From positions 931 to 64,930 of the forward strand of contig CAVIDY010000005.1 in assembly GCA_963641885.1 (NCBI GenBank): a stretch of 64,000 bases of DNA, written 5' to 3'. The notes beneath the pieces were generated by a model that was given only the letters and a program-made list of their open reading frames with translations, had not been told where the DNA came from and did no database searches. This document shows positions 29,008 through 38,776 of the stretch, one piece after another (the stretch's first letter is position 1; each line of letters begins with the position of its first letter). The translations under genes and the position numbers were made by a program. Origin of the DNA: Bacteroidaceae bacterium (GTDB lineage: Bacteria; Pseudomonadota; Alphaproteobacteria; RF32; CAG-239).

Positions 29008-29661
29008 TTACCACCAGCTTCTGTCGCCGTCAGTTTGGTGTATAACCTCGGTCCATTCACCAATTTTTATACCATCGGTACCGGAAAGTTCCAAAGTGTA
29101 TTTAATTGCAGGAACTTGCTTGGTCGGAGTGTCAAACCAATCAGCCATAGTTGTAATTTTATATTCAGCATCTTTGATATTATCGGTTAAAATAACCGTA
29201 TTCACATCGCCCAAACGCTTTTTCATTGACTTAGTGCCTTTATCAGCGCCTTTAGGCAAATCATCGGCAGCCATTTGGGTGTCGGCAACAAATACCTTTA
29301 CCGGCTTATCGCCGAACACGGCTTTAGCATCGTTTAACATGGTGTTAACCGTACGGTTTGCCGAAATCACATATATTTCCGGTAATTCAGGAATAATTGT
29401 TTGTTGCGGCTCGGCTGTTTCCACTGCGTCATCAGGACAGCAACGGCGTTTTTTGTGTGCGGAAACAACTTCGGTTACGCGTGGTTTCAAAACTAACGGC
29501 TCGGCAGCAGCTTGCGGACAGTTATTATCTATACAAGCATACGAGCAGGGCACGCTAACCATTTCAGGATATACTTCCTGATAAGTTTCCTGCATTTCAA
29601 CAGGCTGCGTTGTGCAGCCGCCAAAGGCAAGTAAAGTTCCCAGCAACACAGTTTTTTTCAT
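29008..29661 (-). CDS. Lipoprotein with an LpoB-like C-terminal domain (tentative)
   Basis: MKKTVLLGTLLAFGGC is a signal peptide with a lipobox, followed by a Cys-rich linker. The C-terminal alpha/beta region (IYVISANRTVNTMLNDA...YKITTMADWFD...YTLELSG) recalls LpoB/COG3417-type lipoproteins. Confidence 0.6.
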   Translation of the reverse strand: MKKTVLLGTLLAFGGCTTQPVEMQETYQEVYPEMVSVPCSYACIDNNCPQAAAEPLVLKPRVTEVVSAHKKRRCCPDDAVETAEPQQTIIPELPEIYVISANRTVNTMLNDAKAVFGDKPVKVFVADTQMAADDLPKGADKGTKSMKKRLGDVNTVILTDNIKDAEYKITTMADWFDTPTKQVPAIKYTLELSGTDGIKIGEWTEVIHQTDGDRSWW

Positions 29662-29802
29662 CTTTAAGCACTCCTTATTTAAACTTAAATTTATTTTTAC
29701 ACGGCTACCCTTAAAAATACCTTAATATTTGCAAAGATTTGCTTGAAAATTCGGCAGAGTTTGCCTATGCTGTTTCTTAGTTTTAATAAAGGATAATAAC
29801 CT

Positions 29803-30240
29803 ATGCTAATTACATTTTTGGCCGTCATTGCTCCGTTTTTAGTGCTGATTCCGCCTTTGCAGCGCAATCGTTTTTTTATTTTGTATTTTGCCATGATGAT
29901 GCTTTCGGCGTATATAACCGAAAATCATTATTTCAGGGTGGTTATGTTTTCACACAAAGCCTTTTTGGTGTTTATTGTTTATCATTTATGCTGTATCAAT
30001 TTGGCAACATTTATTGCCTATGGCGCCGATAAAAGAGCTGCTGTGCGCGGCGAGTGGCGTGTGCCGGAAATGCAGCTGCACGCACTGGAGTTTTTAGGCG
30101 GATGGTGCGGAGCAATAATTGCTCAAAAGTTTTTTCATCATAAAACCAAAAAGCGTAGCTTTCGGGCAATGTTTTGGCTTATGCTTGTCTTTGAACTTGC
30201 AGCCGTTTATATTATCTTACGTTATTTGAAATTGATTTAA
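29803..30240 (+). CDS. DUF1294 membrane protein
   Basis: YGADKRAAVRGEWRVPEMQLHALEFLGGWCGAIIAQKFFHHKTKKRSF is the DUF1294 core. The start is uncertain, and the N-terminal extension may be over-called. Confidence 0.7.
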   Translation: MLITFLAVIAPFLVLIPPLQRNRFFILYFAMMMLSAYITENHYFRVVMFSHKAFLVFIVYHLCCINLATFIAYGADKRAAVRGEWRVPEMQLHALEFLGGWCGAIIAQKFFHHKTKKRSFRAMFWLMLVFELAAVYIILRYLKLI

Positions 30241-30252
30241 GGAGATTAAATT

Positions 30253-31719
30253 ATGCGCAATACTTTAATTTTGCTTTTAGCCGGAACATTCTTGGCTTCA
30301 GCTCCGGCGTATGCCGAGCAGATTTTGCTAAGGAACAATAACAGCAAACTGACTTTGAGTATTTATAACCAAAATTTGGCGTTGGTTAAAGATGTGCGTT
30401 CGGCAGATATAAAAGCCGGAATGTCAGAAGTTGTGTTTGACGGTGTAGCGCAGCAGATTCAACCTGAAACTGCAATGCTTTATGGTCAAGATATTAAAGT
30501 TTTAGAACAAAATTACAGCTATAACGTAATAAGTTATGAAAATATGATAAATCAATCTGTCGGACAGGAAGTAAACACCATTAGGCAAAATCCGCAGACC
30601 GGCGAGAATATTTTTGAAAAAGCCGTGTTAATCGGGGCAGCTTATGGTCAGCCAGTATTGAAATTTCCGTATGGTATTGAAACCAACTTTAACGGCAGAA
30701 TTGTGTTTGAGCAAATTCCTAGCGGCATCAGCGATAAACCGACCTTAACCGCCAAAATAAATAATAAAAAAGCTGGTAGCAAAAATCTGTTTTTGGCATA
30801 CCTGACTGGCGGATTAAGCTGGAAAACCGACTATGTCGCCACCATTGCCGATAAAAATCAATTGGATTTAACCGGCTGGGTTACCATTAACAACAATTCC
30901 GGCGTTGATTATAACAATGCTAAAATCCAGCTGATTGCCGGCGATGTCAATGTGGTGCGCCCAAGTATGCAGCCGCGTCTGCTGATGGCAAAAATGTCGA
31001 TGGCGGTAATGGACAACGGCACAGAGGCTGCGGCAATGGGGTCTGTTGCTCCGGAACAAATCAGCAACTATGAGCTTTATACTTTGCCTGCAATTACCTC
31101 CATAAAAGATAAACAAACCAAGCAGGTTGGTCTAATTGAAAAATCAGAAGTGAAATATGTAAAAGAATTTAACTTCAGTTCTCCGCTGTATTTTGGCGGC
31201 AGTTATGAGTTTGAAAAACAGCACCCGAGCATTACCTATGTTTTGGAAAATGTGCAAAAATCAAACTTGGGTATTTCTTTGCCTGCCGGCACTATGCGCT
31301 TTTATGAAAATGATAAAAACGGCAATCTGCAATTTATCGGCTCGGCGGATATAGCAAACACTGCCAAAGAAGAAACTCTGCGTTTGAATTTGGGTGATGC
31401 CTTTAATTTAACCTTAAAAGGCAAAGTGTCTAAAGTTTCTGAAAAAGAAGTGGAACGCAAGCCGCAAAATCAATGCTACAATGTCAAACTGCAAAAAACT
31501 TATGCGGCAGAAACCACTGTCAGCAACGCAGATGCCTCTGAAAACAGCGTGATTATCAGCCAAAGCTTTCCTGATAACTATAAAATCATTAAAGAAAGCA
31601 TAAAAGGCTCGGTTAAAAACGCTCAAACCCGCGAATGGACGGTTAAAGTTCCGGCAAACGGCAAAACAACCTTGTCTTACACGGTTGAGATTCCGCAAAG
31701 CACTCGTGTTTGTGACTAA
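30253..31719 (+). CDS. DUF4139-domain secreted protein
   Basis: A signal peptide is present, and LDLTGWVTINNNSGVDYNNAKIQLIAGDVN is typical of DUF4139 / mucoidy-inhibitor-like proteins. Confidence 0.7.
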   Translation: MRNTLILLLAGTFLASAPAYAEQILLRNNNSKLTLSIYNQNLALVKDVRSADIKAGMSEVVFDGVAQQIQPETAMLYGQDIKVLEQNYSYNVISYENMINQSVGQEVNTIRQNPQTGENIFEKAVLIGAAYGQPVLKFPYGIETNFNGRIVFEQIPSGISDKPTLTAKINNKKAGSKNLFLAYLTGGLSWKTDYVATIADKNQLDLTGWVTINNNSGVDYNNAKIQLIAGDVNVVRPSMQPRLLMAKMSMAVMDNGTEAAAMGSVAPEQISNYELYTLPAITSIKDKQTKQVGLIEKSEVKYVKEFNFSSPLYFGGSYEFEKQHPSITYVLENVQKSNLGISLPAGTMRFYENDKNGNLQFIGSADIANTAKEETLRLNLGDAFNLTLKGKVSKVSEKEVERKPQNQCYNVKLQKTYAAETTVSNADASENSVIISQSFPDNYKIIKESIKGSVKNAQTREWTVKVPANGKTTLSYTVEIPQSTRVCD

Positions 31720-31737
31720 CAAGCTTTTTACAATAGT

Positions 31738-31776
31738 AAAACACCCTGCCAAATTTAACGGCAGGGTGTTTTTCTT
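31738..31776. terminator. Bidirectional intrinsic terminator
   Basis: ACACCCTGCC (31741-31750) pairs with GGCAGGGTGT (31761-31770), flanked by A and T runs. Confidence 0.85.
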
Positions 31777-31790
31777 TTGTTAAGTAAAAT

Positions 31791-32348
31791 TTAGAATCTG
31801 TACTGCAGACCTGCGGTAACTTCTTTAAAGTTATTGGTGTAGCCTGAACCAATGTAAGAGTATCTGCCGACAACGCGGGCGCCCCAATGCTGGTTAAAGT
31901 CATATTGCAAACCCAAACCTGCGCGGTAGCCGACTTTATTATAAGAACTTTTTGGAAAGCCTTTGTATTTGCCGTGGAAAATACCAGCGCCGACTGTTCC
32001 GAGCGCGCTCAGCTTAGAGCACATAATCGGATATTTGCCGTAAGCATCTAAAGCATAAACAGAAAAATAGTTTTTACCGCGTTTATCTTCCAAAGTACGA
32101 CCTTTAATTTCTCCGGATTGCTGATATGTAAATTCCAAATCCCAATTTTGATATAGCTGCATACCGACATTGGCTTTGCCGGAATGGAAATATTTTTTCA
32201 TTTTTTTAGCTTGGTTGCCTTGTTTAGCTTTAAAGAAAGAATAATCTGCACCGACATACGGACGATATTCATTCATATTCCAATTCATAGCCTGGGCGTT
32301 AAGCGAAAAAATACAAGCAACACCAGCCAACAATAATGTTTTTTTCAT
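31791..32348 (-). CDS. Small outer-membrane beta-barrel protein (OmpA-like / opacity family)
   Basis: A signal peptide, alternating aromatic beta-strand pattern and the C-terminal sequence LQYRF are present. Confidence 0.75.
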   Translation of the reverse strand: MKKTLLLAGVACIFSLNAQAMNWNMNEYRPYVGADYSFFKAKQGNQAKKMKKYFHSGKANVGMQLYQNWDLEFTYQQSGEIKGRTLEDKRGKNYFSVYALDAYGKYPIMCSKLSALGTVGAGIFHGKYKGFPKSSYNKVGYRAGLGLQYDFNQHWGARVVGRYSYIGSGYTNNFKEVTAGLQYRF

Positions 32349-32496
32349 GTTTTAATCTCCATTTATAAATGTGTTAAATGACAAATCAAGTATTTCGCAA
32401 CACTTTCAAGGTTGTATATAACAGTGAAAAAACGAATTTAAATAGAGACAGCTAAAAAAAATCACGCTACACTGTTTTTCATTAAAGGAGGTTTAT

Positions 32497-33129
32497 ATGT
32501 TTTGCAGCCCTAAAAAAAATTGTGAATTGTGCCCGCGCTTGGTGGAGTTTCGCCGCGGCAATCAGCAAAAGTTTCCATCTTATCACAATGGACCGGTCAC
32601 GCCTTTCGGCTCGCTTGACGCGCAAATTTTGGTGGTGGGGTTAGCCCCTGGGCTGAACGGCGCCAATCAAACCGACCGTCCTTTTACCAATGATTATGCC
32701 GGCGATATTCTTTATCCGGCGCTGAAAAAATACGGTTTTGCGCAAGGTGAATATAAAAAACGCAAAGACGATGGTTTTGAATTGTTCAATGTGCGCGTAA
32801 CTAATTCGGTGCGCTGCGTTCCGCCGCAAAACAAGGTTAATGCCGCCGAAATTGCTGCCTGCCGACCGTTTTTGCAGCAAGAAATTGCCTCCATGCCTAA
32901 TTTAAGAGTTATTCTTTCGCTGGGATCGGTTTCGCATGGTGCGGTTTTGCAAGCCTTAGGCTATACTAAAGCCAGCTACAAATTTGCTCATGGAGCGGAG
33001 CATTTTTTACCAAAACATAATTTGATATTGCTGGATTCGTATCACACTTCACGCTATAATATCAACACCAATGTTTTAACGGCGGAAATGTTTGATAAAA
33101 TTATTGTCCGCCTCAAAGAATTTGTCTGA
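32497..33129 (+). CDS. Uracil-DNA glycosylase superfamily protein (family 4/5 type)
   Basis: CELCPRL, VVGLAPGLNGANQTDRPFTND and a C-terminal HTSRYN motif are present. Confidence 0.85.
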   Translation: MFCSPKKNCELCPRLVEFRRGNQQKFPSYHNGPVTPFGSLDAQILVVGLAPGLNGANQTDRPFTNDYAGDILYPALKKYGFAQGEYKKRKDDGFELFNVRVTNSVRCVPPQNKVNAAEIAACRPFLQQEIASMPNLRVILSLGSVSHGAVLQALGYTKASYKFAHGAEHFLPKHNLILLDSYHTSRYNINTNVLTAEMFDKIIVRLKEFV

Positions 33130-33159
33130 CTTGAAATTTCTGGCGTCTTTTCCCATATT

Positions 33160-34923
33160 TTGCAAGAAAGGAAAAATAAATTGAAAAAATTGCTGATGTT
33201 GTTTTTTTGCACTTTTATGCTTAATTCGTCCTATGCGCAGGCGGAAGAAAGCCGTAAAAGCACGGATAATACGACTATCGAGCTTTTTTCTGGCGACAAA
33301 TCCGAATACATTGCGCGTTTTGCCATTAAGGACGGCTGGCATATTTATTGGAGCAATCCGGGAGAGATAGGGCGTCCGACCACAATTTCCAGCAATAGAG
33401 CCGACAGCGGGTTGAAAATATTGAACCAATCAGCTCCGCAAATTGTCAAAGCTTTTGATATTATAGATGAATATGTTTACAAAAAATCGGCATATTTTCA
33501 CCTTAAAGTGAAGCAAAACAAAGATGTTGAACTGACTTTTTCTTTTGTGGAATGCAGCGATGTCTGCAAGCCGCAGTCTTTAAGCTTTGATTTGCAAGAA
33601 TTGCCGCAAACGCCTAAAGAAGTTTGGAAAGATTTGCAAACAGATTTGAAATCTGCGCTGCCTCAAAAAATAAATGTCAGCAGCCCGACTTCGCAAAATA
33701 AAATAAAGCTGGAGCTGCCGCCGCATGCGGAAATTAGCTTTCTGCCAGTGCAGAGCGGGGTGGTGGCGGAACAGTCTGTAAAAATCAGCGAAGAGCATAA
33801 CAAAACCTACATCAGCTGGGAAAAAGACCAAGAAGCTACTGCGCCGTTATCTCAAGCCTTGGTGGTGACGCCGGACAAGTCGTATGCTTTGGAAATTGAC
33901 TATCATGACGAGCCGAGCCTTGGACTCTGCTACATTTTGTTATTAGCGTTTTTAGGCGGGTTGGTATTGAATGCCATGCCGTGCGTTTTCCCGATTTTGT
34001 CGCTTAAAATATTCTCTTTATTAAAAAATCGAAATGAGCCAAAGCGCTTTGCCCGCGCGTTAGGCTATACGCTTGGAGTTTTTTCCTGCTTTATGGTTCT
34101 GACAACGGTTTTGGTTCTTATAAAACAGCAGGGGGCAGCTATCGGCTGGGGATTTCAGCTGCAATCGCCGTGGTTTGTCGGTACTATGGCGGTGGTTTTC
34201 GGTATTTTGTTTTTATTTATGATAGATGTGCTGCATTTTCCGAATTTCAACACCGATAAAACCTATAAATTATCAGGCATAAACGCTTTCAGTACTGGCT
34301 TTTTTGCCGTTTTAATCGCCAGCCCTTGCACTGGTCCGTTTATGGGCGCGGCAATCGGTTACGCTTTTATGCAAAGCAATTTGCAAACTTATGCTGTTTT
34401 TGCAATGCTGGCGTTGGGATACGCTCTGCCGTATGCTTTGATAGAGCTGTTTCCGGCGGCATTGGGGCGTATTTTACCGTCTCCGGGAAAATGGATGCAG
34501 ACGGTGAAATATGTGTTGTCTGTGCCTCTGTTTTTAACAATGCTCTGGCTGTTCGGCATTTTGGCAACGCAGCTTAATTGGGCAAAGCAGGAAGAAACTG
34601 CCGAACTGAATTGGCAGCCGTATGATGAGGAGCAAATCAGCGCGGCTGTTGCCGACGGTGGACGCGTATTTATAGATTTTACAGCGGATTGGTGCTTAAC
34701 TTGTCAGTTTAATGAAAAAATTTTATTAAATACCGAGCGTTTTAAACGTTTTGTCGCTGCTAAAGATGTTAAGCTTTTCCGTGCGGATTTAACTGAAGAT
34801 AATGAAAAATATACCGCCGCGCTCAATGCTTATGGACGCGACGGTATACCTGTTTATGTTTATTATGTTAACGGAAACTATGAAATTTTGCCGCTCTTTT
34901 TCAGAATAGGTAGTTTACAGTAG
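33160..34923 (+). CDS. dsbD: Thiol:disulfide interchange protein DsbD-like
   Basis: The membrane core carries AMPCVFPILS and ASPCTGPF, and the C-terminal thioredoxin domain carries DFTADWCLTCQ. The start is uncertain (TTG 33160 or 33181, or ATG 33196). Confidence 0.85.
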   Translation: MQERKNKLKKLLMLFFCTFMLNSSYAQAEESRKSTDNTTIELFSGDKSEYIARFAIKDGWHIYWSNPGEIGRPTTISSNRADSGLKILNQSAPQIVKAFDIIDEYVYKKSAYFHLKVKQNKDVELTFSFVECSDVCKPQSLSFDLQELPQTPKEVWKDLQTDLKSALPQKINVSSPTSQNKIKLELPPHAEISFLPVQSGVVAEQSVKISEEHNKTYISWEKDQEATAPLSQALVVTPDKSYALEIDYHDEPSLGLCYILLLAFLGGLVLNAMPCVFPILSLKIFSLLKNRNEPKRFARALGYTLGVFSCFMVLTTVLVLIKQQGAAIGWGFQLQSPWFVGTMAVVFGILFLFMIDVLHFPNFNTDKTYKLSGINAFSTGFFAVLIASPCTGPFMGAAIGYAFMQSNLQTYAVFAMLALGYALPYALIELFPAALGRILPSPGKWMQTVKYVLSVPLFLTMLWLFGILATQLNWAKQEETAELNWQPYDEEQISAAVADGGRVFIDFTADWCLTCQFNEKILLNTERFKRFVAAKDVKLFRADLTEDNEKYTAALNAYGRDGIPVYVYYVNGNYEILPLFFRIGSLQ

Positions 34924-34925
34924 TT

Positions 34926-35610
34926 TTATTCTACAAACTGTAATCTCAAAGCGCAGTCGCTGTAGTCTCCGGTAAAGCATTTCGCACATTGTTGGTCTAC
35001 ATCAGAAAATGTCATTGTGCGGATACAAGACGTTCCTTCGCCGCAATATTTGTCGCCATAAAAAAGTTTTGCCGAAGAGGCATTTGTTCTTTGATAGATA
35101 TAAGCAGCGTACAGTGTGTCTGCATAGCCTTTGGCTAAGGAGTTAAAGAGCTCTTTGCAGAATTTATCTTTTTTAAACCCAGGAGCAACGGTAGACATAT
35201 TAAACATTACTTCAATATAGTTGTTGTTAACTCTGACAAAATCGCCCATGCTGTCGGACAGCCAAGTAGAGTTATATTTCCAAGACAAAGGTATAAGCTC
35301 TAATGATTTCAAAAAACTATAATAAGCACTTAAATTGTTTGGGTTGGCAATAGCAATTTGTTTTATCTCGTCAAGATGTGAAAAAAATCCAAACATCAGA
35401 TTATTATATTCATCAAGCGCTCTATTGGTTTTATATTTTTTCCATAGCCTTGGAATAGCCGGAGATACCTCCAACGCTCAATATTCCAATAATAGCCAGC
35501 ACGCCAATCATCTCAAGCATTGATCGACCGGAATTGCAAACGCCTTTGAGTTTATTCGAAAAATCTTTTTTATTAGAACAGAGAATTGAATTTGCTGACT
35601 TATTATTCAT
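34926..35610 (-). pseudogene. Type IV pilin / pseudopilin-like gene interrupted by a frameshift in an A6 run
   Basis: The ORF 35610..35431 encodes ...CNSGRSMLEMIGVLAIIGILSVGGISGYSKAMEKI*, a prepilin G/xxxxE motif followed by a hydrophobic helix. Removing one A from the A6 tract (plus-strand T6, 35436-35441) continues it as ...AMEKYKTNRALDEY..., which is ORF 34926..35474. Confidence 0.8.
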
Positions 35611-35675
35611 TTTTCTTTCCTTTCCTTGTTTTAAAGCTTGTTATAATATCTTTTTACATATATAAAATGTATATG

Positions 35676-36389
35676 TCAAACATATTCCGCTAGTAATTCT
35701 TCAACAAATTTCGGCAAAGTTGTTCCGGCTTTACCGATAATATGTCGGTCAAACAGATAGTTGTTGGAGGTTGTTTCCAAATTAAATTCGCAGGTATCTG
35801 CGCCGCACATCTTGGCAATCTGCACAAAGCCGGCTGCCGGATAAACCACGCCGGAAGTGCCGACAGATATAAATAAATCACAAGTTTTCAATAGCTCATC
35901 AACTTTATCCATATAGAGCAAGTTTTCGCCGAAAAACACAATATTGGGCTTTAGCATACCGCTAATGCCGCAATGTTCGCAGGTTTCATCAGCATGCACA
36001 TCACTCCACGTTTCCATAATATGTCCGCAGTTCAGGCAGACAATTTGGTTTATTTGCCCATGAATAGGATAAACATTTTTATTGCCGGCTTTTTCATGCA
36101 GAGTGTCAACATTTTGCGTTACCACGCTTATTTGCGCCTGATAGTTTTGCTGCAGCTTGGTAATTGCCAAATGAGCGGCGTTGGGCTTGGCTTTATAAAG
36201 CTCGGGGCGCAGTTCATTATAAAAATCGTGTACATATTCCGGATTGCGTTCAAATGCCTCCACAGTGGCGACGTCTTCAACTCGATGTTTGTTCCAAAGT
36301 CCGTTTTCCGCCCGAAAAGTCGACAAACCAGATTCCGCCGAAATACCAGCTCCGGTTAAAATCAGAATATTTTTATATTTCTTAGCCAT
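35676..36389 (-). CDS. cobB: NAD-dependent protein deacylase (Sir2 family)
   Basis: ILTGAGISAESGLSTFR, QNVDTLHEKAG and the zinc motifs CxxC...CxxC are present. ATG 36389 overlaps the murG-like stop (ATGGCTAA). Confidence 0.9.
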   Translation of the reverse strand: MAKKYKNILILTGAGISAESGLSTFRAENGLWNKHRVEDVATVEAFERNPEYVHDFYNELRPELYKAKPNAAHLAITKLQQNYQAQISVVTQNVDTLHEKAGNKNVYPIHGQINQIVCLNCGHIMETWSDVHADETCEHCGISGMLKPNIVFFGENLLYMDKVDELLKTCDLFISVGTSGVVYPAAGFVQIAKMCGADTCEFNLETTSNNYLFDRHIIGKAGTTLPKFVEELLAEYV

Positions 36390-37446
36390 TGACAATTTCT
36401 TTATAAAGTTCTTCGTTGCTCGTAAATTTCAGGTCGCTGTTTTTAATGTTGCGGCGATAAGTATCTAAATTTTGATACATTTTATCAATTTGCGCAATCA
36501 AAAGACCTTTTTGCGGCAAATCTTTATCCAGCAAAATTTCGGCAAATCCTTTGCTTTGGAAATTTTGGGCGTTAGAAGTCTGTTCTCCGCGGCTGGCGTT
36601 GCTTGGCAGCGGCACTAAAAGCATTGGAATATCTAAGCTCCAAAATTCAAAAATAGCGTTGGAGCCAGAGCGGGTTACCACAATATCGGTGGCGGCAAGC
36701 AGGTCTTTAAATTCTTTATCTACGAACTCAAACTGCGCATATCCTTTGCGCTCTAAATCTGTTTTTTGCCCTTTGCCGCAAATGTGTATAACTTGATATT
36801 TTTGCAATAAAGCGTCAATATTTTGCAGTACTGCCTTGTTAAGGCTTTGCGCGCCCAAGCTGCCGCCCACAAACATCACAATCGGCTTATCAGCAGTAAA
36901 ATTGCACATTTGCAGGGCTTTGTTATTGTCTCCGTTTTTCAAACGGTCGGACAGCACCGGACCAATGTAGCAAACTTTTCGCGGCGTGCGCACATATTTA
37001 ACCGTATCTATAAAGGTTGTGAAAAAATTGCTGACAAAGGGCAGTGACATTTTATTAGCCAGCCCTGGGGTTAAATCTGACTCATGCATAAAAATTTTGC
37101 GATGGTTCAAAAAACCGCCAACCACAACCGGAAAAGACACAAAACCGCCCTTAGAAAAGATTATATCCGGTTTTTCTTTGTAAATTATCGTTGCCGCCTG
37201 ACAAATACCGACCGGAATTTTGAACATATCTTTTAGGTTTTGCCAAGAAAAATAGCGGCGCAGTTTACCAGTTTTTATGGCGTAATATTTCACGCCGTCA
37301 ATTTTAGAAATAAGCTCTTTTTCAATACCGTTTTCCGAACCAACGTAAACAATTTGCCAGCCGTTTTTCTGAAAAATCGGAATAAGATTTAAGTTAAGAG
37401 TCACATGACCGCCCGAACCGCCGCCGGTAAACATAATTTTTTTCAT
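36382..37446 (-). CDS. murG: MurG-type glycosyltransferase (GT28), Lactobacillales-like
   Basis: FTGGGSGGHVTLNL, TGKLRRYFSWQN, FSKGGFVS, HESDLTPGLANK and VVTRSGSNAIFE are present. From memory these closely parallel streptococcal MurG rather than proteobacterial MurG. Confidence 0.8.
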   Translation of the reverse strand: MKKIMFTGGGSGGHVTLNLNLIPIFQKNGWQIVYVGSENGIEKELISKIDGVKYYAIKTGKLRRYFSWQNLKDMFKIPVGICQAATIIYKEKPDIIFSKGGFVSFPVVVGGFLNHRKIFMHESDLTPGLANKMSLPFVSNFFTTFIDTVKYVRTPRKVCYIGPVLSDRLKNGDNNKALQMCNFTADKPIVMFVGGSLGAQSLNKAVLQNIDALLQKYQVIHICGKGQKTDLERKGYAQFEFVDKEFKDLLAATDIVVTRSGSNAIFEFWSLDIPMLLVPLPSNASRGEQTSNAQNFQSKGFAEILLDKDLPQKGLLIAQIDKMYQNLDTYRRNIKNSDLKFTSNEELYKEIVNG

Positions 37447-37447
37447 T

Positions 37448-38776
37448 TTACGATGCCTTTTCTTCAGAATTGTTTACGTCATTGGAATTATCGCTGATTT
37501 TCAGTATTTCACTTTCATCATATTCCATACCGATTTGCTTATTGGCTTTGGCTCCATATTCTTTTAAGCGATTAGCCAGCGATAGGGCGTTGCCTTTGCC
37601 GCTTGCCAGTTTGGAAATTGCTGCTTCATAGTTGGTGCGAGCTGAACCCAAAGCCTTGTCAATTTTTTGCATATCGTCCACAAAATTTGCCAGTTTGTCA
37701 TAGAGCGAGCCACCGACTTCGGCAATTTTCTGCACATATTTGTTGCGTGTTTCAATCTGCCACAAATTTTCCACCGTGCGCAAAATCGGCAATAGAGAGG
37801 ACGGCGTTGTCAATGCCACGTTTTTCTTATAGGCATAATCATATAGACTGTCGTCTTTTTTAATAGCTTCAACAAACGCGCTTTCAATCGGAATAAAAAT
37901 TACCACATAGTCAAGAGATTCTTCTTTAAGCAGCTTTTGATATTCTTTGCAGGAAAGCTCGTCTATGTGATTGCGGATACATTGAATATGGCGTTGCAAA
38001 GCTGCAGCTTTGGCAGTTTCATCTTCGGCGTTTACATAAGAAATATAGTCATTCATCGAAACTTTTGAGTCCACAATCACGCTGCGGTTATTCGGCAGGC
38101 GAACCACCACGTCCGGACGCAAGTTTTGATTGTTTTCATTTTTGAAGTTTTCTTGCGTGAAGTAATCAATATTTTTTTGCAAACCGGCAACTTCCAAAAT
38201 GCGGTTAAGCTCAATTTCGCCCCAGTCGCCTTGCATTTTTTTGCTGCCGCGTAAGGCGTTGGTCAAATTTTGTGCGTCTTGGCTCAAGCTGTTATTCATA
38301 TCCATAAGTTTTTTGAATTGTTCATCAAAGCTGCTTTTATTTCTGATACTTTCCGTGTTTGCTTTGCTGACTTCCTCTCTAAAGTTTTTTAGCTGCTCGC
38401 GGAATGGCGATAAAACAGTGCTCAATACCTGACTTTGCGATTCATTGAGCCGGCGGGACTGGGTGTTTAAAATTTCATTTGAGATGTCGCGAAATTTTAG
38501 TTCTAAATCTTTTTTGTTGTTTTGAATATCCTGCAGACGTTCCTGCATATGCTGCTGTTGAGCTTGCAGCATGGTTTGCAGGCGGGTATTTTCGGCGCTC
38601 AAGCGGTAATTTTCATTATCCAGCTGTTTTTTAGCGCTGCTGACATTTTCTAATTGACGCTCAAGCTCTTCATTTAACACAGCAGAGCGTGTATTTTTGT
38701 TTATCGCCCAAATCAAAGCGCCTCCGCAAAAACAAAGCAGTACAGCCAAAGCAATTATTCCATACAACATCTGCAA
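37448..38776 (-). CDS. rmuC: DNA recombination protein RmuC
   Basis: The protein has an N-terminal TM helix, a long coiled coil, and the RmuC nuclease-like core (RPDVVVRLPNNRSVIVDSKVS). Confidence 0.9.
   Translation of the reverse strand: MQMLYGIIALAVLLCFCGGALIWAINKNTRSAVLNEELERQLENVSSAKKQLDNENYRLSAENTRLQTMLQAQQQHMQERLQDIQNNKKDLELKFRDISNEILNTQSRRLNESQSQVLSTVLSPFREQLKNFREEVSKANTESIRNKSSFDEQFKKLMDMNNSLSQDAQNLTNALRGSKKMQGDWGEIELNRILEVAGLQKNIDYFTQENFKNENNQNLRPDVVVRLPNNRSVIVDSKVSMNDYISYVNAEDETAKAAALQRHIQCIRNHIDELSCKEYQKLLKEESLDYVVIFIPIESAFVEAIKKDDSLYDYAYKKNVALTTPSSLLPILRTVENLWQIETRNKYVQKIAEVGGSLYDKLANFVDDMQKIDKALGSARTNYEAAISKLASGKGNALSLANRLKEYGAKANKQIGMEYDESEILKISDNSNDVNNSEEKAS

Noticed and set aside
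28997-29581. A 194-aa plus-strand ORF overlapping the lipoprotein gene.
   Set aside because: The minus-strand ORF has a canonical lipoprotein signal and translational coupling to the next gene. The plus-strand product is Ser-rich and antisense-like.
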